DNA of 64,000 nt from Podarcis cretensis (lineage: Eukaryota): positions 10,788,001 to 10,852,000 of the forward strand of contig OX638156.1 of assembly GCA_951804945.1 (NCBI GenBank), given 5' to 3'. This document shows, piece after piece, positions 24,601-36,200 of this stretch (position 1 is the stretch's first letter; each line of letters begins with the position of its first letter). The translations under genes were made by a program, and so were the position numbers. A model generated the notes under the pieces. That model ran no database searches. It worked only from the letters and a program-made list of their open reading frames with translations, and was not told the DNA's origin.

Positions 24601-27600
24601 TTTGGAGCAGAATTGGGATTCCCTAGGTAGATGTAGATGTAGATTTGTTTGTTTGTTTGTTTGTTTGTTTGTTTGTTTGTTTGTTTGTTTGTTTTTAAAA
24701 CATGGAGAACACACAGCTCTGATTCTCGGATAACTAATTTATGCAAAGTGATTGTGCGAATGCCTCCTGATAAGTTTCGGTTGGTTACTAGGTTAATGTG
24801 TCACAGCTCTGCTCAGGTTCAGAGAGTCCTGTATCAAGGTCTGCTTCCAACCCCCACCAGCCATTGGGCGTTGAAGTTGTTGCTGGCTGTTTCTCTTGGT
24901 CACATTGTCACATGCCACCCAGAACTGTGAACTGTCATCAGCTCCATTGCTGCTTCCTGGCAGATGAGCTAGGCAAAAGCCTGCTCTTTCACATCTGTTT
25001 GCTCTGTAGAATTTGCAAATCACTTCTTTGTGCTGTCTCAGTCCACTCTTTCACTTGTACCGGTAATTTACCCTCATCTATCCAGCATCCATTGTCTATG
25101 AAAATGTGACATTCCAGGTGTGTTTGTGTCCTCCAGGTTCTTTCCGCATCATGCATCTCAAACACCTTTCTTTAGTTTCAGCATTTCCTTATTATGCCAA
25201 TAAAGCTCAACCCTTGAACTGAGATACAGCTTAGTGCTTTGTTTATCACCCTGGGGGATATCCTGGCTGAGTCATCTCTCTCAGTGATAACAACTCTGTG
25301 TAGTGCATCTGAGGTCTGTTCCTCATCTCTCTTATTCTCCCACCACCACCACCCTTCCACCCCACCTCTGACTTATGCGCTGCCCTCATCAGTATAAAAT
25401 CAGTATATCAGCCTTTCAAACCAATTTACTACTTGTGGTTCCCAGGGACTGTATCCTTGGAATTCTCTGAAAGGGTTCCTAATGAATTCTTCTCGTTTTC
25501 CTCCTAAAATTCAGTTCCCATTGCTCCTCGCTGGCGTCGCTTTGCTTTCTTTTAATTAATTGAATTCATTCCCAAGTCCAAGAAAACCAATTAAACAAGA
25601 GCACCCACACGTGTGATTTAATACAAAAATCAAAAGCATGTCTCTAAATCTGATAAATCCTGCTGCACCACCGGAGGCGTCCCAGGGAACCTTGAGCCAT
25701 GGGGTATTTTACATCTGTTCGTTTCCTCCTCCACTCCTTTTTTTTTTAAAAAAAAAACAAAACTGTTTTAACTACTTATTTATTTTACTTTACTTATAGG
25801 ACGGCTGAGTGCATTATGAAGTGCAGTCGTGGTGAGGAAACCCCAGCCTCTCAACATCTTAATTTCCCAGAGGCATCTCTACATATAAATGAACATATGC
25901 AGATTGCATGCAAATACGTGTCAGGGACCTGCACCCCTGTCCATTCAGTTCCCTAGCAGTGACCCCCCCACACACACACACCACCCAATAAACATCTTGC
26001 CCTTCCTCCTAGTGGTTAGGAGGACTCCTGAATAGGTGTCTCTGCAGCTTCTCCTGCTCTCTTCAAGCAAGCAATGAGAGGAGGTGGCTCACCCTGTCAC
26101 CGTCTTCCCCAATGCAGGTGACCTCCAGATGTTCTGGATTACAGCCCCCATCAACTCCTGCTAACACATCAGTGCTGGCTGGAGCTGATGGTACTTGTAA
26201 TCCCAAACATCTGGAAGGGCACCAGGTTGGGTTAGACTGCTTTGTCTTCTCTTTCTCTCTCTGAGAGGTGATGCCGATTTGGTCCAGGAGAGGAGACAAG
26301 CTAATGGTCAATGGGCAGGTTAAATGGTGCCTGTTCAGGAAGAGGGCCCAGCTAAGAGCATCCTGCCCCAGGACCCTTGGGAACCTCGAAGCATCACTGC
26401 GTGCAGTGCAATTGCACAGCCTCGTGGAAGAACCCTGGGAAAGCTTTCCTGCTTGGTCCTGCAAAGTGCATAAACTTCCCCGACACTTCATTAAAGCACT
26501 TAGCAGCACACGCCCCATATTAACATTCCCTTTACAAAAACCCCACAACACCCTATTATGTGATGCCATCAGCAACTGGTGTCCGACTACTTTTAAATGG
26601 GCAAGGGACGGACACCCGAGATTGAGCACTAATAGGGCTTAAAAGTGACCACAACAACATAGAGGTTGTAAAATAAAATATCAAATCACCTTGTTTTTGT
26701 AAAAAGTCTCTGGGTTATAGCAGTTGCTGGCGCCACTTAATTGTTAATTTCAAAGCATGAGGTCAGTCGCTGTCTCAGCTACTCTCATTTCAAAATTTCA
26801 TTAAATCACAGTTTGCAAATTCCATGTAAATTGCTGCTAAGAAGAGGCCTTTGGAGAGCAGCTGCAGGAAGCTTCTAGCTCACTTGCTTCCTCCTCGAGA
26901 TGTCTTGGCTGGAAATGTTGCCAAAATGTATCTCCTCCAACACACACACACACAAACATACACACACCCTTTCTGTGTGTTCTCTATAATGCAACAGAGA
27001 CAACGGTGCCCAAAACAACCCACGGCCCTAGCAATTCAGTACGTAATCCCTTGAACACTTTCGTATAGCAATCTCGAGCTATGCTTTCAAAAGAAGCAGG
27101 ATTCTGCTTTAAAAGTGACAGGATTTCTGACACACTCCAGGGACAAAGTGCTGCACTTTCCCTAATAACCACACTTGGAGAGACCCTGCCCAGGTTTAGG
27201 ACCCATGAGGACCCACAAAACATGACCCTCTTTCTGTTTTGTGTGCAGAAACCCTCTCCAGTCCAGTCCTGTGGCCTGCAGAAGCCATAGTGGCAGAGAA
27301 CGCAAACGTCTCCTTGCAGTGTAACACCTCCAACAGCCTCGATGTCAACATCACCTGGTTCAAGGACAGTAAACCTGTCCCAGATAAGGCTGTGCTTTTC
27401 AACAGGAACCGAACCCTCACTCTAACTGCCGTCTCCAAAGATGAGGAAGGGATGTATACATGTAAAGCTACCAACCCTGCCAGCAATGCCACAAGCAACC
27501 CCAGTAAGATTAGCTTGGCATGTAAGTAACCCTGGTTTGAAAATGCTTGGTGGCTCCTTTCTCCTTGCCGTTGCTGCATGCATTTGGCAGGGAGGGCATT

Positions 27601-30163
27601 TGTGAGTCCTAATGGGGATTTCCTCTCTCCCTTGATCTCCCCACCCCTGGTCTTTCTGAAATAAGGGGTGCTGGCGCTTGAATCATACTTGGAGGCTAAG
27701 AGCCCCCTATTCCCTAACCCTGATGTGTGGAAGTAGCTTGTGGGGAGGTGGGAAAAGTACTCTGCAAATGCTAGCAGATGCTGTCTCCTTTATTAATAAA
27801 GGCCTGCCTTCTAAAGCTAAGCCATTGAAAATGCCTTCGGAGAACTGAACCCCAGTGAACACTTTCTCATATTAACCCCTAAAGCTGGTTGGCCAGCTCT
27901 CTTGCTGCGTTTTGGGGTGGTGCACACACACGGAGGCAGGTGTGTGTACGGACGTGGGTGGCACTGTGGGTTAAACCACAGAGCCTAGGACAGAAGGTCG
28001 GCAGTTCGAATCCCCGCGACGGGGTAAGCTCCTGTTGCTCGGTCCCTTCTCCTGCCAACCTAGCAGTTCGAAAGCACCTCAAAGTGCAAGTAGATAAATA
28101 GGTACCGCTCCAGCGGGAAGGTAAACGGGGTTTCTGTGCGCTGCTCTGGTTCGCCAGAAGTGGCTTAGTCATGCTGGCCACATGACCCGGAAGCTGTACG
28201 CCGGCTCCCTCGGCCAGTAAAGCAAGATGAGCTCCGCAACCCCAGAGTCGGGCGCAGCTGGACCTAATGGTCAGGGTTCCCTTTACCTTTACCTTTACCT
28301 TTACACACAGGGGGGCAGGACGACACAAACGCACCTCACCCCTGTTTCCACCCGTTGGTCCTGATTCTACTTGCTTTCCTTTCTAGATGGGCCAAATAAC
28401 GTTAAGCTGAACCAAACAGGAACCATAACTCTAAAACTAGGTTCCCGTTTGGCTCTGCTGTGTACTGCAGAGTCCCTACCCGAACCCCAGTTTCGGTGGT
28501 TTTTCAATCATACTAATATGAATGTGACGGCGAGCACCTTCAACACAGCCTTAACAGCCTGGGAAGATGGAGGCAATTACACCTGCCAGGCTTACAACAG
28601 CGTCGTTAAGAAGCTGGCCTCAGCATCTGTCAATGTGAAATTGACAACGCAGGGTGAGTCCCTTGACAAGCCCACATTTGTCTCTTGTCCCACCAGCATT
28701 TTGAATGTCCCACAGTCTCCCCCTGGACCTGATTATTTGGAAATGTGGCCAATCCGAGTGGAATTAATAGAGGAGGACGCAACTCACTGTTTTTGCGAGC
28801 AGAAAAGGGTGGTATCTAAAGTCAGCTGCACCAAGATCTCATTGAAACCAGTTGAGTGAGTTCATCCTGACAACTCCCCGTGATCTCAGTGGAACTAGGT
28901 GGAACTGGATCCAACCCAAAGGTCTTGTTTAGGCTTCCCCTTGCTCCTGCGCCTTTCATTATTTAAAAAAACATATACCCTGCCTTTCTAGGCGAGATGG
29001 CTACGCAGGACTATTAACAGTGTCACAAAATAAAACACGACAAGCAAGATAAGATATAATCAAACAATAAACTGCGTTAAAAAAATTAAACTTTAACTAC
29101 AGCCTGAAAAACGTAATAGCTTCGGTTTCCCCCACCCTGCATTGTTGCAGCTCTTTACTAGCAAAAGCTTCACCTGCTGGGTTTCTGGGTGTCCAACTGC
29201 AGTTTAAAGGCACAGATTACGCAGGCCCAGGGTTAAGAAACAGAAGAGGCAGACCTTGTTATCTATTCTTGCAGCTGAATGCTAGGAAAAAACTTTGTGG
29301 CAAATTTCTGTAGTCTTTAGAATTGAGGGTTTTATGCAGCGATATGTTTTCTTTTGGAGAAGGAATGATGATCCGGAGATGCGTGGACATTGGTTTAGAA
29401 GCTGTTCAGAAGTACAAAAATGATACAGGTTGCTTAGGCATCGTAGAAGGGGTGCAGCAAGTGCAAGCCATGGGTTTTTTTATGCTTCTCATGGGGCTGC
29501 CCATGTTGCTTTATACACCTGGTCTTCCCACATTCTAAATCCCATAGGGAGCCCACATGGGTAGAAAGGGCTGCTGCTCCAGAAGTTGTCTTTCCACACA
29601 GGAGGAGCCACAGGTCATCCGGAATGGAGCCTCCACCCTTTGTATCTGTGTTGCCCCTGTGCATGTGATGTGTGAAGAGACCTACTGGTTTGCACGGTAC
29701 AGAGCTATTCTCTGTGCTGCAGCCTGAGAACCCCATTTCTTGTGGTGGTTCTGGTTTGCTGGTTTGCTTGCTTAGGCATGGCGTGAATTTGTTAATATTG
29801 ACTCACTACCAACCCCCTGGTTACAGGAACAAATTTAGACGTTTGTTAATTTTCGTCTTGGTTCTCGGCATTCGAAAAGTCCTGCAGCTTCCTCTTACGT
29901 GCATCAGACCTAAATGCGACAAAACCTCTCAGCTTAGAGCTGCAAATTTGAAGCAAATAAGAAACGGCCTTTAAGATGCAGAAAGATTGGAAACCTAAGT
30001 GTAATATAAGCAGCTGTATATTGCTTTTTATTAGATATTGTTATTTTTATTAAATCGTTTTTTGTGATTGTGTTTTTAGCGATTGTAAGTTTTTAAACTG
30101 TATCTAATGTTGTATTTTAAATTGTTGTAACCCGCCCTGGGATTGTAGGGTGAAGGGCAGATA

Positions 30164-30206
<43 letters not shown>

Positions 30207-33200
30207 GTCATAGAATAATATGAACCAGAAACAGATTCCCGTCTTCTCCTGTGAGTGTGCATCAGAGGGCTCCAAAATCATTTGACTGTGGTGTGTTTCA
30301 CACGGAATGCTAAGCCAAAATATGACTAAGTATTAATGAGCAAGCGTGTGGGTTGCTCAACACTAGGGTTGCCATATTTCAAGAGTTGTTGAGCTTTTTT
30401 TTTGGCAATGTCCAGGAAATTCCAGACATATGGCAACCCTACTCAACACTATCTAGAGCTAAGCCTTGGTTTGTCATAGCACATGGTCCATGACTTGTCT
30501 TCCTCTAACAAACCACAAGCTGTAAGCCAAGAGCAAACCTTGGCTACAGCCCATGGTTGGTTTGGAGTGAGACAAACCATCAGCCCAGGTACACACAAAC
30601 CATGACTTAGCTCCTGGTAGGAGAGCAGCAGCGGGGCTAGGGAGGGGGTAGCCATCACCAACTTGAATAACCTCTGAGTAGATATGGTTAGGGACTGCAC
30701 TGTTAGTTTCAATTTACAAAGCCCTATAGAGCTTGGGATGAGGATATTTGCAGCACTTCCTCCTCCCGAATAGGCTGCTCATGTCACTATGGCCTAAAGA
30801 TGGGAACCCCCTAACCATATCAGACCTTTATGAAGGTTACATTCATAAGAGTCGACACGACCTTTTCTGTTGTGGCTCCTACCGTGTGGACTGCTCACTC
30901 TCCCTATTAGGCCAGCCTGGCTGCTTTTGCCAGCCGTTAAAGATCTGTCTCTTTGCCCTGGCCTTGCCTGACCTCTAGTACTTGGCTGATTATTCCGGTT
31001 TTGTTGAATCCCATAAGGTTTCTGGGTTGTGAACCATTTTGCTATTATGGCAAATGAAAAGTGCTGTAGAATTTTAAAAAAATTAATCCAAAGACCATCA
31101 CTTGTGAGGAAAGGTGATATGAAGTGAAAGCTTGAGAAGCCTCTCTGCACCCACACCACATATAAACTTGGGGTAAAGCTGCCTCCTCTTTTTTCACTCC
31201 TGCCCCTTTGCTTTGTTAACAGTAGTCAGACCATACAGAAAACAAGCTGGTGAAGTTTTCCCCACCACCACTTACCTCCATGCCATTAAAAAGTTCACTG
31301 TCTGAATTTCTGTTCGTCAGAGTGACGTTGAAGGCACAGGAGCTAGGGACGCTAAAATAAACAAACAGATGGCAACCTTGGCTAGAGGTCCCAAAAGACT
31401 GATTTAGTAAAGGGAAAGGGGCATTGCGGTCATAGTTGCTTTTCTTTGGGGGGGGAGGAAACTTCTGCATATCAACCTAAGCATGTTGTGCTTCCTTTTC
31501 CTGGTTATTTGGCTATAACTTTTGACAGAATACAGATAATTGAACAAACTTTGTTGCATTACACTCTTCATTAAATTATCTTTCCATTGTTATATAATTT
31601 TATGGTATTACTCTCCCCCCCAAAAAAAATATGGTGTTATGAGACATCTCATCTCAGAAATATACTTTTCCCAAAAGGTTTCCATAATTTTGGCCACTAG
31701 TGTATACTCTACTTTCCAAAGTTCACGATTCCTCTTGTTCCCCTCTTCCAGAATCAACTCCATCAGGTTCGGGTCTCAGTCCAGGACAAATTGTTGGAAT
31801 TGTCATAGGTTGTGTGCTTGGAGTAGCACTCATTGGAGGTCTGGGCTATTTCCTGTTCACCAAGACTGCCTTGGGGTAAGTTTGCCATCTCGTTCATCTT
31901 GGATTGGGGTTCCCCATTTGCCATCTGAATTTGCCATCTCCCAGCTTCTCCAGGACCTTCCTGCTCTATTTACCTGGTTTGATTGGTCTCTCTGCTCACG
32001 CTCGGGGTTTGAGGCTGTCTCAGGGGTGCGGGTTTCTTTCCTGTCTCTCCAGCCTGGGTCGGGGCCCTGTCTTACACATCCCTTGGAAGAACCAAGTGTG
32101 CCCTGCTGTTCATGCCTCCCAGCCAAAGCACTGACACTAACCTGGGTTGCCAGAATCAAGATAGGGCAGGGGAAGAAACTTCTGCTTTTCTGCAAAGAAC
32201 TTGAATAAGTTGCAGCTGCTGAAATTCCCCGCTTCTTTATAGCCTGTCAAAAGACACAGAAGGCCTGCCCTCTGTTGAATCTGGTGACTCCAAAAGCACA
32301 CACATTTCATTTATTGATTTATAAAGCAATTTATTTATTATAACAAATATGTGTATACTGCTGCAATATAACAAATATATCAAAGCGGTGTACAGCAATA
32401 AAAGCATAAAATCATACAGTGAAACCACTAAAAGCGTTTAAAAAGTTTAAAACACACATATGGAGCGAATGGATAATTATGATTGGATGAACCCTTTTTA
32501 AAAAAGTGTTAAGTCTTACGCATTGTTTATGACATGTTTAGGCAACAATATTAAGTATGGACCTGCCAAACTTTCAGCTATCAGGGACCCTGAAAAGTCA
32601 AATGCATATATAAGTGGGGAGATTGTAAGGGGTGGGGTAGGATGATGATAGTGCCAAAATTTCAAAGATTGACAGTGTTCACGGGAGGAGAAAATTCGTC
32701 TCCTGAACTCAGAACAGACGTATAAAGGTCGGGGTGTGTGTCTGAAAGACAGAGAGACTGGGTGGGGGGGTGGTCTTCAGATCATCTCCAATACTTGCCA
32801 ATGAAGCCATAAGCAATGGAAGACAAAACAAGGCTAGCCCATGGCTACTGGTTTTTGCTCATAACCACATAGGGGTGTGCCCTAGGCCTATTCTCAGTTC
32901 ACACAGGGAAACAGCGAGGCCCCCCAAGGCCTTGCCAGTGCCCTTTTATTACCAGTTGAGGACCCTTCAACTCTGTAGATGTTGATGGACTACAACTTGC
33001 ATCATCCCTGACTAGTGGCCCTGTTAGCTGGGAATCATGGGAGATGTAGTCCAGCAGCATCTGAAGGGCCGGAGGTTGCCCATGAACTGAGTGCGCTCTT
33101 TAGAACGTGTCCCAGAATTCCCTGCAATTTACTGGGGTTTCCTTTGCTGGCACACGAGGGTTCCCTTTGCAAACAGGTCAATACGGGGAAGGTTCCGTCA

Positions 33201-36200
33201 GTGTAGAAAGTTTGGAAACCACCACTGGTGTGGCCAAGGGCAAGATAAAAATTGGATGGATGACAATGTGGCACAAAGAAAGCGAATGAGATTTATTATT
33301 TCACGTGACTGATCACTAGTATAGGACGAGGGGTAATGTGCTGGTTCTGTTGTTGGGGGAGAGACCCCCTGCTTGCTATAGGATCAAACAGTGTCTGCTG
33401 TTTACCTAGGAGGACGGAACAACACTCATCTAATGGAAACATACCCTCAGCTCCCGGCCGCAGTAAGTATCAGCCCAACGGGCTGGGCCGGGGTCTGTGT
33501 GACGCATGTTGTGTGCTCTATGTTACTCTCCCCGGCCACCATCACCCCATTTAGGCTGAGCCTTTATAGTTCACGAAGAAGGTAGATGGCCTTCCCGTAC
33601 ACTTCTGTGCCAAAGCATGGGCAAGTAGGACCACTCCATCCCCAACCCAGATGCATCATGGGAAACTCCTGCTTAATCCGTTTCATGGGAGCAGGGAGAA
33701 AGGACTTCACAGCTGCTCCAGCTCCCATTTCCAAGAGACTGGCTGGGGGAATCTCTTCCCTGACCCCTCCTGGGGAGGGGAAAGGAAGCTGCTGTTTTCT
33801 GTGGAGTGTGGGTATCTTCCTGTCTGCTGTCGCCCTCTCCGCCCACCCCACAAAAACCCTCCATCGTCTTTTTGGGATTCCTGCTGTGGCTCTGTAGCCA
33901 GCCTGGTGGTGGAATAGCTCACGAGAGGGGACTTGCAGGAGGTGATGGGGCTCGCCAGACTGGTCTCTCCAGAGAACGGCTATCTCTGCCCTCTGCACCG
34001 CCTCCGTAATTTTCCTGGAATCAAGTCTATCCAAGACCGTTCTTTGCCTGCCTCTTTAATCATGCTTGGGCTTCGGTGCGAAGCAAGGAACGGAAGTGAA
34101 GAATTGAGGGGTGAGGGTGGAAGCAGGTGGCTCCCTTCCTCTACTCCCTACATTGGCCTTGGAGTGCTCAGGTGGACTCAGCACAGGTAGGAAGATGCAG
34201 CAGGTGGGGCTGGAGCAAGGGGGAAGGGTGTGAGGTGGGGGAAAGACTGGAGTGAGGAGGGGACGGTCTACATGCACACACACATCCCCTCTCCTGTCCC
34301 ACCTGTCCAGCTGATGGACCATTACCTTGCTCACCTTTGGTCCCCACCCTGCATTCAGCTCTCACCTGGGGCTCCTAGAAGCTGTCAGCAGGCGACAGCA
34401 ACCACACCCTGGAAACGGCTTCAACTGGCCGGCTAAACCAGGTGAGGATAGCCAATGGGTCTCACACCCTCAGTGAGCTAGGGACTTTCCCCTGCATGCG
34501 AAGACAGACTCTGGCAGATGGAGCAGACGAGATCAAAAGCAGGTCCAACAGTGAAGAAGGCAGATGGGGCCCATCCATCTGGGATGGGAGACCATCTAGG
34601 AGAAGGAAAACTCTGATCCTAAACCTCTGCTGCCTTGTGGGATATCTTCAGGAGAAGAACAGACTCAGGAATAAACCCTACACAAATTCGGAGTGGAGTC
34701 CCTAAAACGGTTGGCGTTGTATGCCTCCTTCTGGCAACTCCTGCAGCCCAGGCACCTTCATTGCTTACCACATTACTAATCCAGCTCACGCCATTTGTCC
34801 TGTCTGCTTCCGCTAATCCAGTGGGAGTCCCCGCCCCACTGTGGTCCAAGGGCAGAGGGTTGTGGGTTTTCAGTGTCTCCTGCTTGGCTCCCGTGGGCTT
34901 GTGTTCAGGCTCTGTCTGTTGTACCTGCCAGTTCCCTGATACTCTCTCTCTGTCCTGTCTCTGTCATTTCAGACCAGGGCGTCACTGACACCAAACCCAC
35001 ACCGGTAAGGACGGAATCATGATATTGAAGTCCGTATCATGATAATTGGTTTCATAATTTTTGACCTGGCAATATCTTGCAAATCATGATGTGTGTGTGT
35101 GTGTGTGTGCGTGCTATCCAAAAATCACAATGTGGGGGAAACCGTGAAGCCAGCCAATGCCTCAACATAGCTCCACCCTTATTTCAGACATTGTGATATA
35201 TCGGTACATTGCGATGTTTAGCTGGTGATATATCACAGTGCTGAAAACCAGATATCGCCCAGTCCTAGAGGGGTCTGGGGGCTTCCTGAGCCCATTCCCA
35301 ATCCTGGAACAAGGAAGCAGCCCCAACTCTTTGACCTGCTAACAGCAGCTTCATCTGCAGAACGTAGCAATGTGACAATGACTCAAGTTCTTGATGGGGA
35401 CAAGATGTTTGGATTGCCTTGATGGTGGCAAACTGCCCTTCATTAGAGATGTCCAGGCAGAATCTGTACGGGTCCGCGTAGCATAGATGCTGTAGTAGTG
35501 GATTTCTTGCATCAGCAGGTCGTGTGATGGACGACCCCCGAGGCCCCTTCCAAATTTTCAGAAGCATTATCATGCTTAACAAACAATCTGCCTCTCCCCA
35601 TCCTTGTGATCTGGTCACTTGGTATCCTAGCCCTAATGTTCCAGGATTCTGGCCTGAGAGGTGAGTGGACTTTGGTGCCCAAACAGCCAAACTACCCTGG
35701 GGATGTCTTGCTTGCTCCAGGGTAAGTGAGGTAAGTCTGTACAATCTGCTGGTCAACGTAGAGTTTAATTTTACCACGCTTCTAGCACCTCCGAGGGAAT
35801 TAGATGTATCTCTCTCAGAGCAGGAGGAGAGGGCTCCCTAAAGGGGAACTAGGAGCTTGTTGCTAGGAGATTCATAAGCTTCTCTTTGGCCTCCACCTCA
35901 CCTGTTTGGAACGGCCTCCCCCAGGAGGTGGTGGACTCTCCTTCCTTGGAGGTTGGGTGGTCATCTGTCAAGGATGGTTTAGCTGACATTCCTGCATTAC
36001 AGGACCCTTGAGGTCCCTTCCGATTCTACAATTCTGAGATTCCCTCATCACATGCAAGGAGAATCGCCACCTTTTAAAATGGACCTGCTCATGTGCAGTG
36101 GGTAAGGGGCTTGGGGCTCAGGTGGTGCTGGCTAAAGGCTTAGCCACACTTACCTTTTGCCGTTCTCTTTCCAGGCGCAGGTCCACACTTTAAAATTCCG

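Noticed and set aside
31540-32208. 222-aa ORF overlapping the TM exon
   Set aside because: Wrong frame; the real TM exon is 31752-31875 in another frame.
34250-34760. Sequence reminiscent of an RTE-type 5' UTR or non-autonomous derivative
   Set aside because: Boundaries and family could not be fixed from the sequence alone.
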